From: an uncultured Chthonomonadaceae bacterium
Lineage (GTDB): Bacteria > Armatimonadota > Chthonomonadetes > Chthonomonadales > Chthonomonadaceae
DNA length: 64,000 bases
NCBI GenBank assembly: GCA_963817895.1
Contig: CAWFQB010000001.1
Span: 448,001-512,000, forward strand
Reading direction: 5' to 3'
The notes under the pieces were generated by a model, which was given only the letters and a program-made list of their open reading frames with translations, was not told the DNA's origin and did not search any database. Shown here one piece after another: positions 63,791-64,000 of the stretch. The translations under genes were made by a program, and so were the position numbers. The first letter of the stretch is position 1. Each line of letters opens with the position of its first letter.

Positions 63791-64000
63791 TGAGACAAAA
63801 TCCCGTACACGAAATAGTGTAGATCGCCAGGGCGGAGAATGGATTTCTCAGATGAATACGCCGTTGACAGACAGCCCAACCACTCGCCTCACCAACAATG
63901 GACACCACAGCGCGCCCTCCCCCGCGCTGCGCCCGGAGGCGCAGGTGCAAACGCGCCCCACGCGCCGCCGCTTTACCGCTGCGTACAAGCTGCGCATCCT
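63791..64000 (+). mobile_element. Left end of an IS3-family element with start of transposase OrfA (partial)
   Basis: Begins TGAGAC. Encodes PEAQVQTRPTRRRFTAAYKLRIL, typical of an IS3 OrfA HTH start. Confidence 0.75.

Overview
A GC-rich bacterial window, tentatively Armatimonadota-like (inferred from gene content only), with housekeeping and envelope genes interspersed with accessory islands. The main candidate system is a minus-strand operon at about 6.3-18.7 kb. It encodes a Zn-ribbon/Hsp70-actin-like ATPase, a membrane-anchored vWA-like protein, a large Tubulin_2/FtsZ-like GTPase, a MotA/ZorA-like protein with a ~570-aa helical tail, and a MotB/ZorB-like protein. No ZorC/D/E effector is present. 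The operon is disrupted by a cargo-carrying IS1595 with 26-bp perfect TIRs and by a 123-bp MITE. Other accessory modules are an N6-MTase + HNH island flanked by a 54-bp duplication of an MFS gene 3' end, a DUF3800-like/TPR + HEPN-STAND-TPR gene pair, and a cluster of FG/Gly/Tyr-rich envelope proteins. The window also carries two ~120-bp MITEs with a shared internal core, REP doublets, many inverted microsatellite hairpins, and an IS3 end truncating an ankyrin gene. About 13 frameshifts across unrelated genes suggest uncorrected long-read indels, so pseudogene calls based on frameshifts alone are unsafe. No rRNA, tRNA or CRISPR array was seen. All family assignments come from motif recognition by eye, not database searches.
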